Shown here in pieces: positions 9,025-18,808 of a stretch of 64,000 nt of DNA (the stretch's first letter is position 1; the number at the start of each line of letters is the position of its first letter). The DNA is from an uncultured Solirubrobacteraceae bacterium. GTDB taxonomy: Bacteria; Actinomycetota; Thermoleophilia; Solirubrobacterales; Solirubrobacteraceae. The translations under genes and the position numbers were made by a program. Below the pieces are notes generated by a model. It did no database searches. It saw nothing but the letters and a program-made list of their open reading frames with translations, and was not told where the DNA came from. Where the stretch lies: the NCBI GenBank assembly GCA_963809525.1, contig CAWEJY010000010.1, positions 90,180 to 154,179 on the forward strand. The letters run 5' to 3'.

Positions 9025-10017
9025 GTGACTGAGACGAACGCCATCGAAGCCCGTGGGCTCGTGAAGCGCTACGGGGACAGGACGGCGCTCGACGGCTTCG
9101 ACCTCGACGTCGCGCGCGGCTCGGTCTGCGCCCTGCTCGGCCCCAACGGCGCCGGCAAGACGACCGCCGTGCGCCTGCTGACGACGCTGACCCGGCCCGA
9201 CGCCGGCACCGCCCGCGTCGCCGGCGCGGACATCCTCAAGGACCCCGTCAGCGTGCGGCGCGCCATCGGCTTCGCCGCGCAGGACGCGACCGTCGACGGG
9301 CTGCTGACCGGGCGCGAGAACCTCGTGATGATCGGCGAGCTGCACCACCTCGGCCGGCGCGCCGCGCAGGTCCGGGCCGAGGAGCTGCTCGTGCAGTTCT
9401 CGCTCGCCGATGCCGCCCGCAAGGTCGTCAAGGAGTACTCCGGCGGCATGCGCCGGCGCCTCGACCTCGCCGCCACGCTCGTCGCAGCGCCCGACCTGCT
9501 GTTCCTCGACGAGCCGACCACCGGCCTGGACCCGCGGGCCCGCAACGAGCTGTGGGCCGTGCTCGACCGCCTCGTCAGCGAGGGCGCCACGATCCTGCTG
9601 ACGACCCAGTACCTCGAGGAGGCCGACCGCCTCGCCAACGAGATCGTCGTGATCGACCACGGACGCGTGATCGCCCGCGGCGACGCGCGCTCGCTCAAGC
9701 GCGACGTCGGCGGCGATCAGCTGCACGTCGTCTGCGCCCACGGCGCCGACGTGCTGCTCGTCGCCGAGATCCTCGAGCGCGTCAGCGGAGCGCGCGTGAG
9801 CGTCGACGAGGCGACGCGCAGCCTCACCGCCCCGACCGACGGCGGCGCCGGCGCGATCGCCGCCGTCGCCGGCGAGCTCGCCGAGCGCGAGATCGCCGTC
9901 GAGGACCTCGGCCTGCGTCAGCCGACGCTCGACGACGTCTTCCTGACGCTGACCGGGCTGCCCGCCGAGGAGACGCCCACCACGCCCGCCCCCACCCCCG
10001 CGGAGGCCCTGCGATGA
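9025..10017 (+). CDS. ABC transporter ATP-binding protein (DrrA type)
   Basis: GTG 9025 (VTETNAIEARGL). Walker A GPNGAGKTT, signature YSGGMRRRLDLA, Walker B LLFLDEPTTGLD. Confidence 0.9.
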   Translation: MTETNAIEARGLVKRYGDRTALDGFDLDVARGSVCALLGPNGAGKTTAVRLLTTLTRPDAGTARVAGADILKDPVSVRRAIGFAAQDATVDGLLTGRENLVMIGELHHLGRRAAQVRAEELLVQFSLADAARKVVKEYSGGMRRRLDLAATLVAAPDLLFLDEPTTGLDPRARNELWAVLDRLVSEGATILLTTQYLEEADRLANEIVVIDHGRVIARGDARSLKRDVGGDQLHVVCAHGADVLLVAEILERVSGARVSVDEATRSLTAPTDGGAGAIAAVAGELAEREIAVEDLGLRQPTLDDVFLTLTGLPAEETPTTPAPTPAEALR

Positions 10018-10853
10018 CCGACTACCCCGTCCCCACCCGTGCACACCGGCGCTCGCGCGCGAGCGCCGTCGGCGACACCTGGGTGATCGCACGCCGCGGC
10101 CTGGTGCACATCCGCCGCCAGCCGGAGGCGCTCACCGACGCGACCATCCAGCCGATCATGTTCGTGCTGCTGTTCGCGTTCGTCTTCGGCGGCGCGATCC
10201 ACGTGCCCGGCGGCGGCAGTTACAAGGAGTTCCTGATGGGCGGGATCTTCGCCCAGACGATCGTCTTCGGCGCGTTCGGCGTCGCGATCGCGCTCGCCTA
10301 TGACCGCACGAACGGCGCGATCGACCGCTTCCACTCGCTGCCGATCGCCCGCTCCAGCGTGCTCGGCGGGCATGCCGTCGCCAGCCTCATCAAGTCGCTG
10401 CTGCCGATCCTGCTGATGTCGATCACGGGCTTCATCATCGGCTGGCGGATCCACACCGGCCTGCTGTCCGTCCTCGCCGCCTACGGCCTGATGGTCGGCT
10501 TCTCATTCGCGATGATCTGGGTCGGCGTGCTGCTCGGCAGCCTCGTCGGCTCGCCCGAGGGCGTCCAGGGGATCGGCTTCGTCGTGATCTTCCCGCTCAC
10601 GTTCATCGCGAGCACGTTCGTCCCGGCGCGGACCCTGCCGCCCGTGCTGCAGACGATCGCCGAGTGGAACCCCGTCTCGTCACTGTCGGGATCGCTGCGC
10701 CACCTGTTCGGCAACCCGGGCGGCGAGCCGTATCCCGGCGGCCCGTGGCCGATCCAGCACCCTGTGGCGTACACCGTCATCTGGATGGTCGCGATCGTGC
10801 TGATCTGCGCGCCGCTCGCCGTCCGCGGCTACCAGCGCTCGATCGCCTCGTGA
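10014..10853 (+). CDS. ABC-2 type transporter permease
   Basis: ATG 10014 overlaps the upstream stop (ATGA). Six-TM-like hydrophobic profile. Confidence 0.85.
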   Translation: MTDYPVPTRAHRRSRASAVGDTWVIARRGLVHIRRQPEALTDATIQPIMFVLLFAFVFGGAIHVPGGGSYKEFLMGGIFAQTIVFGAFGVAIALAYDRTNGAIDRFHSLPIARSSVLGGHAVASLIKSLLPILLMSITGFIIGWRIHTGLLSVLAAYGLMVGFSFAMIWVGVLLGSLVGSPEGVQGIGFVVIFPLTFIASTFVPARTLPPVLQTIAEWNPVSSLSGSLRHLFGNPGGEPYPGGPWPIQHPVAYTVIWMVAIVLICAPLAVRGYQRSIAS

Positions 10854-10863
10854 GCCGCAGCGC

Positions 10864-11484
10864 CTACGGCGCCGCCTCGTCGAACAGCCGCACCAGCTGC
10901 GCGCGGCAGAACACCCACTGCTTGCGGTTGCGGTCCGAGCCTGGATGCAGCGTGTCGAGCAGCGCGAGCCCGCGGATCGTCGCGACCGCCATCTCGACGC
11001 GCCGGTCGAAGTCCGCGCGGGCCGAGGTGTCGGGGAACAGGCGCCGTGCGAGCTCGAGCGTCTGGCGGTCGAGCACGCGCTCGACGTCGACGAGGTGCGA
11101 GCGCAGCTCCGGGTCGGTGCGCGCCTGCGCCCACAGCGCGAGCGCCGCCTGGAAGCGAGGGCTGGCGTAGCTCTCCCAGACCAGGTCCAGGCCGCGCGCG
11201 ACGCGCTCGCGGCCGGCGGGCAGCGCGTCGGCGGCGAGCAGCAGCTCCTCGCTGCGCAGGCGCGCGAGGCGCTCCATCGCGGCCGCGACGAGCGCGCTGC
11301 GCGTCTGGAAGTGATGCAGGTGCGCCCCGCGCGAGACGCCGGCGCGCTCGGCGACGCGGCTCGTCGTCGTGTTCGCGTAGCCGTCCTCGACGAGGCACGT
11401 GATCGTCGCCTCCAGGAGCGCCTCGCGCGTGGCGGCGCTCCGCTCCGCCTGGCTGCGGCGGCGGGTGTCGGTGGGGGCGGGCAC
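10864..11484 (-). CDS. TetR/AcrR family transcriptional regulator
   Basis: HTH segment TREALLEATITCLVEDGYANTTTSRVAERAGVSRGAHLHHF. Divergent from the fad operon. Confidence 0.9.
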   Translation of the reverse strand: MPAPTDTRRRSQAERSAATREALLEATITCLVEDGYANTTTSRVAERAGVSRGAHLHHFQTRSALVAAAMERLARLRSEELLLAADALPAGRERVARGLDLVWESYASPRFQAALALWAQARTDPELRSHLVDVERVLDRQTLELARRLFPDTSARADFDRRVEMAVATIRGLALLDTLHPGSDRNRKQWVFCRAQLVRLFDEAAP

Positions 11485-11513
11485 GGGCAGCCATAGTACC
11501 CGCGCAACTTGCG

Positions 11514-11525
11514 TTCGTGAACGAA
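11514..11525. promoter_or_regulatory. Candidate TetR operator (inverted repeat TTCGT-GA-ACGAA) in the divergent TetR / fadA intergenic region
   Basis: ttcgtgaacgaa sits in the only AT-richer stretch (cttgcgttcgtgaacgaatgtttc), about 10 nt upstream of a TAnnnT-like box, tagcct (11536-11541). Confidence 0.35.
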
Positions 11526-11613
11526 TGTTTCTCTGCTAGCCTGCGCGCGCAGGTTGCCGATTCGAGGCCTCGCGCCGACGCGCGCGGCCGCCGACACGAG
11601 GAGTTCCGAAACG

Positions 11614-12831
11614 ATGAGCAGCACTGAGGCGTTGGTGTTCGATGCCGTGCGCACGCCGCGCGGCAAGGGCAAGAGCAACGGGTCGCTCCACGGCACCAAG
11701 CCGGTGGACCTCGTGGTCGGTCTGATGCACGAGGTGCTCGTGCGCAACGAGCGGCTCGACCCGAATCGCGTCGACGACGTCGTCCTGGGCTGCGTCTCGC
11801 CCGTCGGCGACCAGGGCGCCGACATCGCCAAGACGGCCGCGATCAAGGCCGGCCTGCCGGACACGGTCGCCGGCCTGCAGGTCAACCGCTTCTGCGCCTC
11901 CGGCCTGGAGGCCGTGAACATCGCCGCGCAGAAGGTCGCCTCCGGCTGGGAGGACCTCGTGTTCGCCGGCGGCGTCGAGTCGATGTCGCGCGTGCCGATG
12001 GGCTCCGACGGCGGCGCCTGGGCGATGGACCCCGAGACGAACTACGACACCTCGTTCGTGCCGCAGGGCGTCAGCGCCGACCTGATCGCGACGATCGAGG
12101 AGTTCACCCGCGAGGACGTCGACGCCTACGCCGCGCGCTCGCAGGGGCGCGCCTCGGCCGCGCAGGCCGAGGGCCGCTTCGCCAACTCCGTGATCCCGGT
12201 CAAGGACCTCAACGACAACGTCGTGCTCGACAACGACGAGTTCATCCGGCCCGGCACGACCGTCGAGACGCTCGGGAACCTCAAGCCGTCGTTCGCCGCG
12301 ATCGGCGAGATGGGCGGCTTCGACGCCGTCGCGCTGCAGAAGTACCACTGGGTCGAGAAGATCGAGCACGTCCACACCCCCGGCAACTCGTCGGGCATCG
12401 TCGACGGCGCCTCGCTGCTGGCGATCGGGAACGCGCAGACCGGTGAGGACCTCGGCCTCGCCCCCAAGGCGCGAATCGTCGCGACGGCCGTCTCCGGCGC
12501 CGACCCGACGATCATGCTGACCGGCCCGGCGCCCGCCGCGCGCAAGGCGCTCGCGAAGGCCGGCCTCACGGTCGACGACCTCGACCTCGTCGAGATCAAC
12601 GAGGCGTTCGCCGCCGTCGTGCTGCGCTTCGTGCGCGACATGGGGCTGGACATGGAGAAGGTCAACGTCAACGGCGGCGCGATCGCCATGGGCCATCCGC
12701 TCGGCGCGACCGGCGGCATGATCCTCGGCACGCTGATCGACGAGCTGCACCGCACGGGCGGCAGGTACGGCCTCGCGACGCTCTGCGTCGGCGGCGGCAT
12801 GGGCATCGCGACGGTCGTGGAGGCCATCTAG
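11614..12831 (+). CDS. fadA: Acetyl-CoA C-acyltransferase (thiolase)
   Basis: ATG 11614 after a gaggag RBS. Motifs [11 protein letters not shown] (active Cys), GNSSG, CVGGGMG. Confidence 0.9.
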   Translation: MSSTEALVFDAVRTPRGKGKSNGSLHGTKPVDLVVGLMHEVLVRNERLDPNRVDDVVLGCVSPVGDQGADIAKTAAIKAGLPDTVAGLQVNRFCASGLEAVNIAAQKVASGWEDLVFAGGVESMSRVPMGSDGGAWAMDPETNYDTSFVPQGVSADLIATIEEFTREDVDAYAARSQGRASAAQAEGRFANSVIPVKDLNDNVVLDNDEFIRPGTTVETLGNLKPSFAAIGEMGGFDAVALQKYHWVEKIEHVHTPGNSSGIVDGASLLAIGNAQTGEDLGLAPKARIVATAVSGADPTIMLTGPAPAARKALAKAGLTVDDLDLVEINEAFAAVVLRFVRDMGLDMEKVNVNGGAIAMGHPLGATGGMILGTLIDELHRTGGRYGLATLCVGGGMGIATVVEAI

Positions 12832-12833
12832 TC

Positions 12834-15030
12834 ATGAGTGAGAGCACGACCATCCGCTGGGAACAGGACTCAGGCGGCGTCGTCGTCCTGACCCTCGACG
12901 ACCCCAACCAGTCCGCGAACACCATGAACGCGGCCTACGCCGCCTCGATGGCCGCGACCGTCGAGCGCCTGGAGGCCGAGAAGGACTCGATCACCGGCGT
13001 CGTCATCACCTCCGCCAAGAAGACGTTCTTCGCCGGCGGGGACCTCAACGACCTGCGCGCCACGCGCAAGGAGGACGCCGCGCAGGTCGCGGAGTTCGTG
13101 CGCGAGGGCAAGGCGCTGCTGCGCCGCCTGGAGACCCTGGGCAAGCCGGTCGTCGCCGCCATCAACGGCGCGGCGCTCGGCGGCGGCCTGGAGATCTGCC
13201 TGGCCGCGCACCACCGCGTGATCGTCGACGACCCACGCGCGGTCGTCGGCTTCCCCGAGGTGCAGCTCGGCCTGCTCCCCGGCGCCGGCGGCGTCGTGCG
13301 CAGCGTGCGCATGGTCGGCATCGTCGACGCGCTGATGCAGCTGCTGCTGCAGGGCCAGCGCCTGAAGCCGGCGAAGGCCAAGGAGGTCGGCATCGTCGAC
13401 GAGATCGTCGCCACGCGCGAGGAGCTCGTCCCGGCCGCCAAGGCGTGGATTGAAGCCAAGGCGGGTGGGGATCCGGTCATCCAGCCCTGGGACGTCAAGG
13501 GCTACAAGATCCCCGGCGGCACGCCGTCGAACCCGAAGCTCGCGCAGAACCTGCCGGCCTTCCCGGCCAACCTGCGCAAGCAGCTCAAGGGCGCGAACTA
13601 CCCGGCGCCGCACCACATCATGGCCGCGGCCGTCGAGGGCGCGCAGGTCGACTTCGACACCGCCAGCGAGATCGAGGGGCGCTACTTCGTCGACCTCGTC
13701 ACGAGCCAGGTCGCCAAGAACATGATCCAGGCGTTCTTCTTCGACCTGCAGCAGGTCAACGGGGACCGTGGCCGGCCCGCCGACATCCCGCCGTTCCAGG
13801 CGACCAAGGTCGTCGTGCTGGGCGCGGGCATGATGGGCGCCGCGATCGCCTACGTCTGCGCCAAGGCCGGCATCGACGTCGTGCTGAAGGACGTCTCCGC
13901 CGAGGCCGCCGAGCGCGGCAAGGGCTACTCGCAGGCGCTCGTCGACAAGGCGGTCGCGCGCGGGCGCTCCACCCAGGAGCAGGCCGACGCGCTGCTCGCG
14001 CGGATCACGCCGACCGCCGACCCGGCTGACGCCGCGGGCGCCGACCTCGTGATCGAGGCCGTCTTCGAGGACCCGGCCGTCAAGGCGCAGGTCTTCGCGG
14101 AGATCGAGCCGCACCTCGCGCCCAGACGCGCTGCTCGGCTCGAACACGTCGACGCTGCCGATCACCCAGCTCGCCGAGGGCGTCTCGCGCCCGGCCGACT
14201 TCATCGGGCTGCACTTCTTCAGCCCGGTGGACAAGATGCCGCTGCTGGAGATCATCAAGGGCGAGCAGACCAGCGAGGAGACGGTCTACCGCGCCCTCGA
14301 CGTCGCCAGGCAGATCAAGAAGACGCCGATCGTCGTCAACGACTCGCGCGGCTTCTTCACCAGCCGCGTGATCGGCGCGTTCATCAACGAGGGCATCGCG
14401 ATGCTCGCCGAGGGCATCCCCGCCCCGTCGATCGAGCAGGCCTCCTCGCAGGCCGGCTACCCGGCCCCGGTGCTCCAGCTCAGCGACGAGCTGAACCTCA
14501 ACCTGATGCGCAAGATCCGCGCGCAGTACCAGGCGGCCGCCGAGGCGGAGGGCCTGACGCTGCCCGAGCTCCCGGCCAACGCGGTCGTCGACCGCATGGT
14601 CGAGGAGTTCGATCGCGGCGGGCGCCTGGCCGGCGCCGGCTTCTACGAGTACGAGGACGGCGCGCGCACGCGGCTGTGGCCCGGGCTCAGGGACGCCTTC
14701 GGCGGCGACAACCGCGAGGTGCCGCTCGAGGACCTCAAGGAGCGCATGCTGATCCTCGAGGCGATGGAGGCCGTCAAGTGCCTCGACGAGGGCGTGATCG
14801 AGTCGGTCGCCGACGCGAACATCGGTTCCATCCTGGGGATCGGCTTCCCGGGCTGGACCGGCGGCGTCCTGCAGTACATCAACGGATACGACGGGGGCCT
14901 GCCCGGCTTCGTCGCCCGCGCGCGCGAGCTCGCGGCCGCCTACGGCGAGCGCTTCGAGCCGCCCGCCTCGCTGGTCGAGAAGGCCGAGCGCGGCGAGACC
15001 TACAGCGACGCCGCGCTCGCGACCGCGTAG
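12834..15030 (+). pseudogene. fadB: Multifunctional enoyl-CoA hydratase / 3-hydroxyacyl-CoA dehydrogenase (FadB-type) interrupted by a 1-nt frameshift at about 14124
   Basis: Frame 0 reads a good FadB up to ...AEIEPHLAP (ccc 14121-14123), then turns into Arg/Ala-rich nonsense. Frame +1 from gac 14125 reads DALLGSNTSTLPITQLAEGVSRPADFIGLHFFSPVDKMPLLEII... through to the stop at 15030. Confidence 0.85.
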
Positions 15031-15037
15031 CGCACCG

Positions 15038-16180
15038 ATGTCGATCACGTTCACCGAAGAGCAGCAGGCACTCGCCGCGGCGGTCCGCGACCTCGCGGCG
15101 CGCGAGTGCGGCACGCGCGAGCAGCGCAACGCGCTGACCGACGGCGGCAGCGAGCCGCACAACCCCGAGCTCTACGCGCGCGTCGCGGAGCTCGGGTGGC
15201 TCGGCGTCGCGATCCCCGAGGAGTACGGGGGCAGCGGCGGCGGGATGGTCGACCTGTGCCTGTTCCTGGAGGAGACGGCCTACGGGCAGATCCCGATCGG
15301 CAGCTTCGCGGTCACCTCGATCGTCGCGGGCGCCTACGAGCGCTTCGGCACCGAGCAGCAGAAGCACGACATCCTCGGCGGCATCACGCGCGGTGCCGTC
15401 GAGGCGATCGCCATGTCCGAGCCCGAGGCGGGCTCCGACGTCGCGGCAATGCGCTGCAGGGCGACGCGCCAGCAGGGCGGCTACCTCGTCGATGGCCAGA
15501 AGACATGGATCTCCGAGGCGCACCTCGCCGACCACATCCTGCTGGTCTGCCGCACCGACGACAGCGGCGCAAAGCACGACGGCCTGACGATGCTGAGCGT
15601 CCCGGCGGGCAGCGACGGCGTCGAGATCCGCGGGATCGAGACGATGGGCGGGCGCGTCGTCAACGACGTCTTCTTCACCGACTGCCACGTCCCGGCGGAG
15701 AACCTGCTCGGCGTCGAGGGCCAGGCGTGGAGCCAGCTGATCGCCGGGCTCAACGTGGAGCGCCTGATCCTCGCCGCGCAGTCGCTCGGCTTCGCGCGGC
15801 GCGCGTTCGACGACGCGCTCGCCTACATCAAGGAGCGCAAGCAGTTCGGGCGCCCGATCGGCAGCTTCCAGACGATCGCCCACCGGATGGCCGACCTCGC
15901 CACCGAGCTCGAGTGCTGCCGGCTGCTGACCTACGACGTCGCGCAGAGGGTCGACGCCAACCCCGGCGCGCTGTTCCCGCGCGAGGCCTCGATGGCCAAG
16001 CTGAAGGTCACCGAGACGGCCAAGAAGGTCGCGCTCGAGGGCATGCAGGTGATGGGCGGCGCGGGCTACGCGACCGAGTACGAGATGGAACGCCACGTGC
16101 GCACGACGATCGTCTCGACGATCTACGGCGGCACGAGCGAGATCCAGCGCGAGATCGTCGCCAAGACCCTCGGGCTGTAG
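15038..16180 (+). CDS. Acyl-CoA dehydrogenase
   Basis: 380 aa with typical ACAD segments (AMSEPEAGSD, GQKTWIS, catalytic-base region YGGTSEIQREI). Confidence 0.9.
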   Translation: MSITFTEEQQALAAAVRDLAARECGTREQRNALTDGGSEPHNPELYARVAELGWLGVAIPEEYGGSGGGMVDLCLFLEETAYGQIPIGSFAVTSIVAGAYERFGTEQQKHDILGGITRGAVEAIAMSEPEAGSDVAAMRCRATRQQGGYLVDGQKTWISEAHLADHILLVCRTDDSGAKHDGLTMLSVPAGSDGVEIRGIETMGGRVVNDVFFTDCHVPAENLLGVEGQAWSQLIAGLNVERLILAAQSLGFARRAFDDALAYIKERKQFGRPIGSFQTIAHRMADLATELECCRLLTYDVAQRVDANPGALFPREASMAKLKVTETAKKVALEGMQVMGGAGYATEYEMERHVRTTIVSTIYGGTSEIQREIVAKTLGL

Positions 16181-16221
16181 GAATCGCGCGCCCGGCGGCG
16201 GCGATTCCCCGCCGGGCGGGG
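16180..16221 (+). terminator. Overlapping GC-rich hairpins directly after the acyl-CoA dehydrogenase stop
   Basis: ggaatcgc(13 nt)gcgattcc followed by ccccgcc-g-ggcgggg. No U-tract. Confidence 0.4.
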
Positions 16222-16441
16222 TGATCCGTCCGATCGGGTGCGGATCCTTGCCGTGCGAGGGCGCCCGCTGGGCAGTCCACCGTTCGTCCAGGCGAGAGGT
16301 TTTGCATCGCTGAGACGGTCAAGTGGCCCCAGAGGCGTGCCGACGCGCTGAAAGCCGGTGCCTCCGTGCGAGCGTCCCGGCGCACCCGATTCGCAGCCAC
16401 GGAGAGGCGTCGTCATTCACCCCCACCGCACCGCCCCCAAC

Positions 16442-18808
16442 ATGCCTCGTCGCCGTGCCCGCGCAGCGCTCGTCGCGCTTGCCTCCGGCCTCGTGCTGCT
16501 CGCCTGCTCCCCGGCCGCGAACGCCGCGGACCTGCTCGTCCTCGACGGCGACTCGGCGACGATCTCGGGAAGCCAGAACTACGGCATCGTCTACGTCGAC
16601 GGCGAGCTGCGCCTCACCGGCGACACGTCGATCACCGCCGGCTCGATCTACTTCGGTCCGAGCTCGGGGCTGCGCACGTGCTACGTCGAGGGCACCGGAA
16701 ACGGCGGCTGCACCGCCGGGCGCAACCTGGCCATGACCTCCGCGGGCCAGCTGACCATCGCCTCCGGCATCGACCTCACAGCCGGGACGGGGACGGTGCG
16801 CCCCGGCGGGTCGCTGAGCCTGCAGGGCGCCCGCGTCGCCGTCGGCGGCTCGATCAACACCCAGGGCAGCGGCGGTGCGCCGTCCGGCTCGATCACGATC
16901 AGCTCCGCGGGCGCGCTCGACACCGGCGGCCTGACGGCCTACGGGGCCCCGGTCAACCTCGGCGCCGCCGGGCCGATCGACATCGGCGGCGACGTCCAGA
17001 CCCAGGGCACGAGCGGCATCGCGCAGGCCGACGGCGCACGCGCGCAGTTCGCAGCCCCGGTGGGGATCGCCTCGAGCGGCGGCGACGTGCGGATCAGCGG
17101 CAACGTGAATGCGTCAGGCCGTGACGCGCCCGGGAACGCGGGCGCCGGGCTGATCGGCGGCGAGGGAGCCGACGTGACGATCAGCGGCTCGGACGTCCGG
17201 GTCGGCTCGATCGACACGACCGGCGGGAGCAGCGTGGACGCAGCCCCGGGCTCGTCCCACCAGATCGCGCTCAACGCCCGCGGCTCGCTCGTCGTCCTCG
17301 GCCGCCTCGATGCCGGCGGGCAGAACAGCACGAACGCCGCCGCGACCCCGGGCGCCCACATCAGCGCCAGCGCGGGCGGCGGGCTCGTCATCGGCGGCGG
17401 GGCCTGGGCCGGCGGCGCGCAGAGCCCCCTGGGCGGCTCGGCCGGCGGCGCGATCGCACTGCAGGGGGGCACGATCTCCGCCGCAACGCTCTTCGCGGCC
17501 GGCGGCAACGCCGCAAGCTCGCCCACGCCGATGAATGGCGGCCCCGGGGGCTCGATCAACCTGTCCGCGACCGGCAACGTCTCGCTGTCGGCGCTGCAGG
17601 CCTACGGCGGCAACGGCCAGAACGGCTCGTCCGCCGGTTCCGGCGGCAGCATCTCCGTCGCGAGCAGCGGCGGCTCGATCGGGACGGGCCAGGTCACCAC
17701 GCAGGGCGGCTACACCGGCGGCGGTCCCGGTGCCGACGGCGGCCCGATCTCGCTCTCTGCGCAGACCGACCTCAGCGTCGGCGGCACCCTCGACTCGAGC
17801 GGCTCGAACGCCAACGGCGATGCCGACCCGCCGCGCAACGGCGGCAACGGCGGCAACGTGCTGCTGCGCGCCGCGACCGGGACGCTGTCGCTCGGTGGCC
17901 AGACGCGCGCGGAGGGCGGCGCCGGCGCGGGCAGCCCCGTCGCCAACGCGCCCGGCGGCCACGGCGGCAACGGCGGGCGCCTGGACCTCATCGCCAAGGC
18001 GCTCGGGACGATCGTCTCGATCTCGACCCACGGCGGCAACGGCGGGGACTACGGCGACAGCCAGGGTCCCGGCGGCACCGGTGGGGGCATCTACGGCTGG
18101 ACCGACGCACCGCTGTTCGACGATCAGAAGGTCGTCGACAGCGATGGCGGGTCCGGGCATCCCGTCGGCTCCTCGGGCGTCAGGACGCAGGAGAACTCGC
18201 CCACCGCGCTGTCGGTCGACCCCGCGACGGGCGTGCTGACCTTCACCTCGCGCAGCCCCGACGCGCAGCTCTACCGCGTGCTGCGCAGCGTCGGCGGCGC
18301 CCCCGCCACCGTCGCGCTCGAGTCCGGCAAGACGACCGGCCTGGCGCCGGCCTCCCCGGTCTGCGTCCCCGTCACCTTCACGGTCGTCGCGGTCCAGAAG
18401 GACCTGGGCTGGACCTCCGACGCCCCCGCGCCCGTGAGCTTCACCCGCCCGCCCTCGGCGACGCAGGGCTGCAGCGACGCCCCGAAGCTCAGCGCCGCCG
18501 CCCGCCTGCGCTTCTCGCTGCGCACCCTGCGCGGCAGGAAGTACCGCGCGACCCTGAAGCTCCGCGCAGACGGGATCGGGAGCGTCCAGGCGAGTCTCCT
18601 GCCGGTGCGCCGCAAGGGCCACAGGGCGGCGACCAAGCCACTGGCGAAGCTCACGCTGAGTCTGGCCAAGCCCGGCGTCCAGTCCGTCCGGCTGACCCTG
18701 CCGAAGGCCGCACGGCACCGCGCGCGCTACGTCCTGCGGCTCGCCGCCACCTCGCCCGACGGCAAGGGCCACAAGACCACCACCCTCACGCTGGAGGTCC
18801 GCAAGTGA
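16442..18808 (+). CDS. Secreted glycine-rich repeat protein (predicted beta-solenoid) with C-terminal Ig/Fn3-like domains
   Basis: Start set at ATG 16442 (MPRRRARAALVALASGLVLLACSPAANA signal). About 560 aa of degenerate Gly-rich repeats (GGxGGxIxLxAxGxLxxG-like). The C-terminal ~200 aa is beta-rich and basic. Confidence 0.7.
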   Translation: MPRRRARAALVALASGLVLLACSPAANAADLLVLDGDSATISGSQNYGIVYVDGELRLTGDTSITAGSIYFGPSSGLRTCYVEGTGNGGCTAGRNLAMTSAGQLTIASGIDLTAGTGTVRPGGSLSLQGARVAVGGSINTQGSGGAPSGSITISSAGALDTGGLTAYGAPVNLGAAGPIDIGGDVQTQGTSGIAQADGARAQFAAPVGIASSGGDVRISGNVNASGRDAPGNAGAGLIGGEGADVTISGSDVRVGSIDTTGGSSVDAAPGSSHQIALNARGSLVVLGRLDAGGQNSTNAAATPGAHISASAGGGLVIGGGAWAGGAQSPLGGSAGGAIALQGGTISAATLFAAGGNAASSPTPMNGGPGGSINLSATGNVSLSALQAYGGNGQNGSSAGSGGSISVASSGGSIGTGQVTTQGGYTGGGPGADGGPISLSAQTDLSVGGTLDSSGSNANGDADPPRNGGNGGNVLLRAATGTLSLGGQTRAEGGAGAGSPVANAPGGHGGNGGRLDLIAKALGTIVSISTHGGNGGDYGDSQGPGGTGGGIYGWTDAPLFDDQKVVDSDGGSGHPVGSSGVRTQENSPTALSVDPATGVLTFTSRSPDAQLYRVLRSVGGAPATVALESGKTTGLAPASPVCVPVTFTVVAVQKDLGWTSDAPAPVSFTRPPSATQGCSDAPKLSAAARLRFSLRTLRGRKYRATLKLRADGIGSVQASLLPVRRKGHRAATKPLAKLTLSLAKPGVQSVRLTLPKAARHRARYVLRLAATSPDGKGHKTTTLTLEVRK

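Noticed and set aside
16222-16441. Possible riboswitch or leader (c-di-GMP, c-di-AMP/ydaO type) upstream of the secreted Gly-rich protein operon. The same question arose upstream of the L,D-transpeptidase (39974-40096).
   Set aside because: I could not recognise the conserved cores of these riboswitch classes by eye. An Infernal/Rfam scan would be needed, so no claim is made.
16442-18100. Repetitive GC-rich DNA in the Gly-rich gene considered as a possible CRISPR-like or tandem DNA repeat array.
   Set aside because: The repeats are degenerate at the DNA level and in-frame coding (GGN-rich). There is no regular repeat-spacer periodicity and no cas genes.
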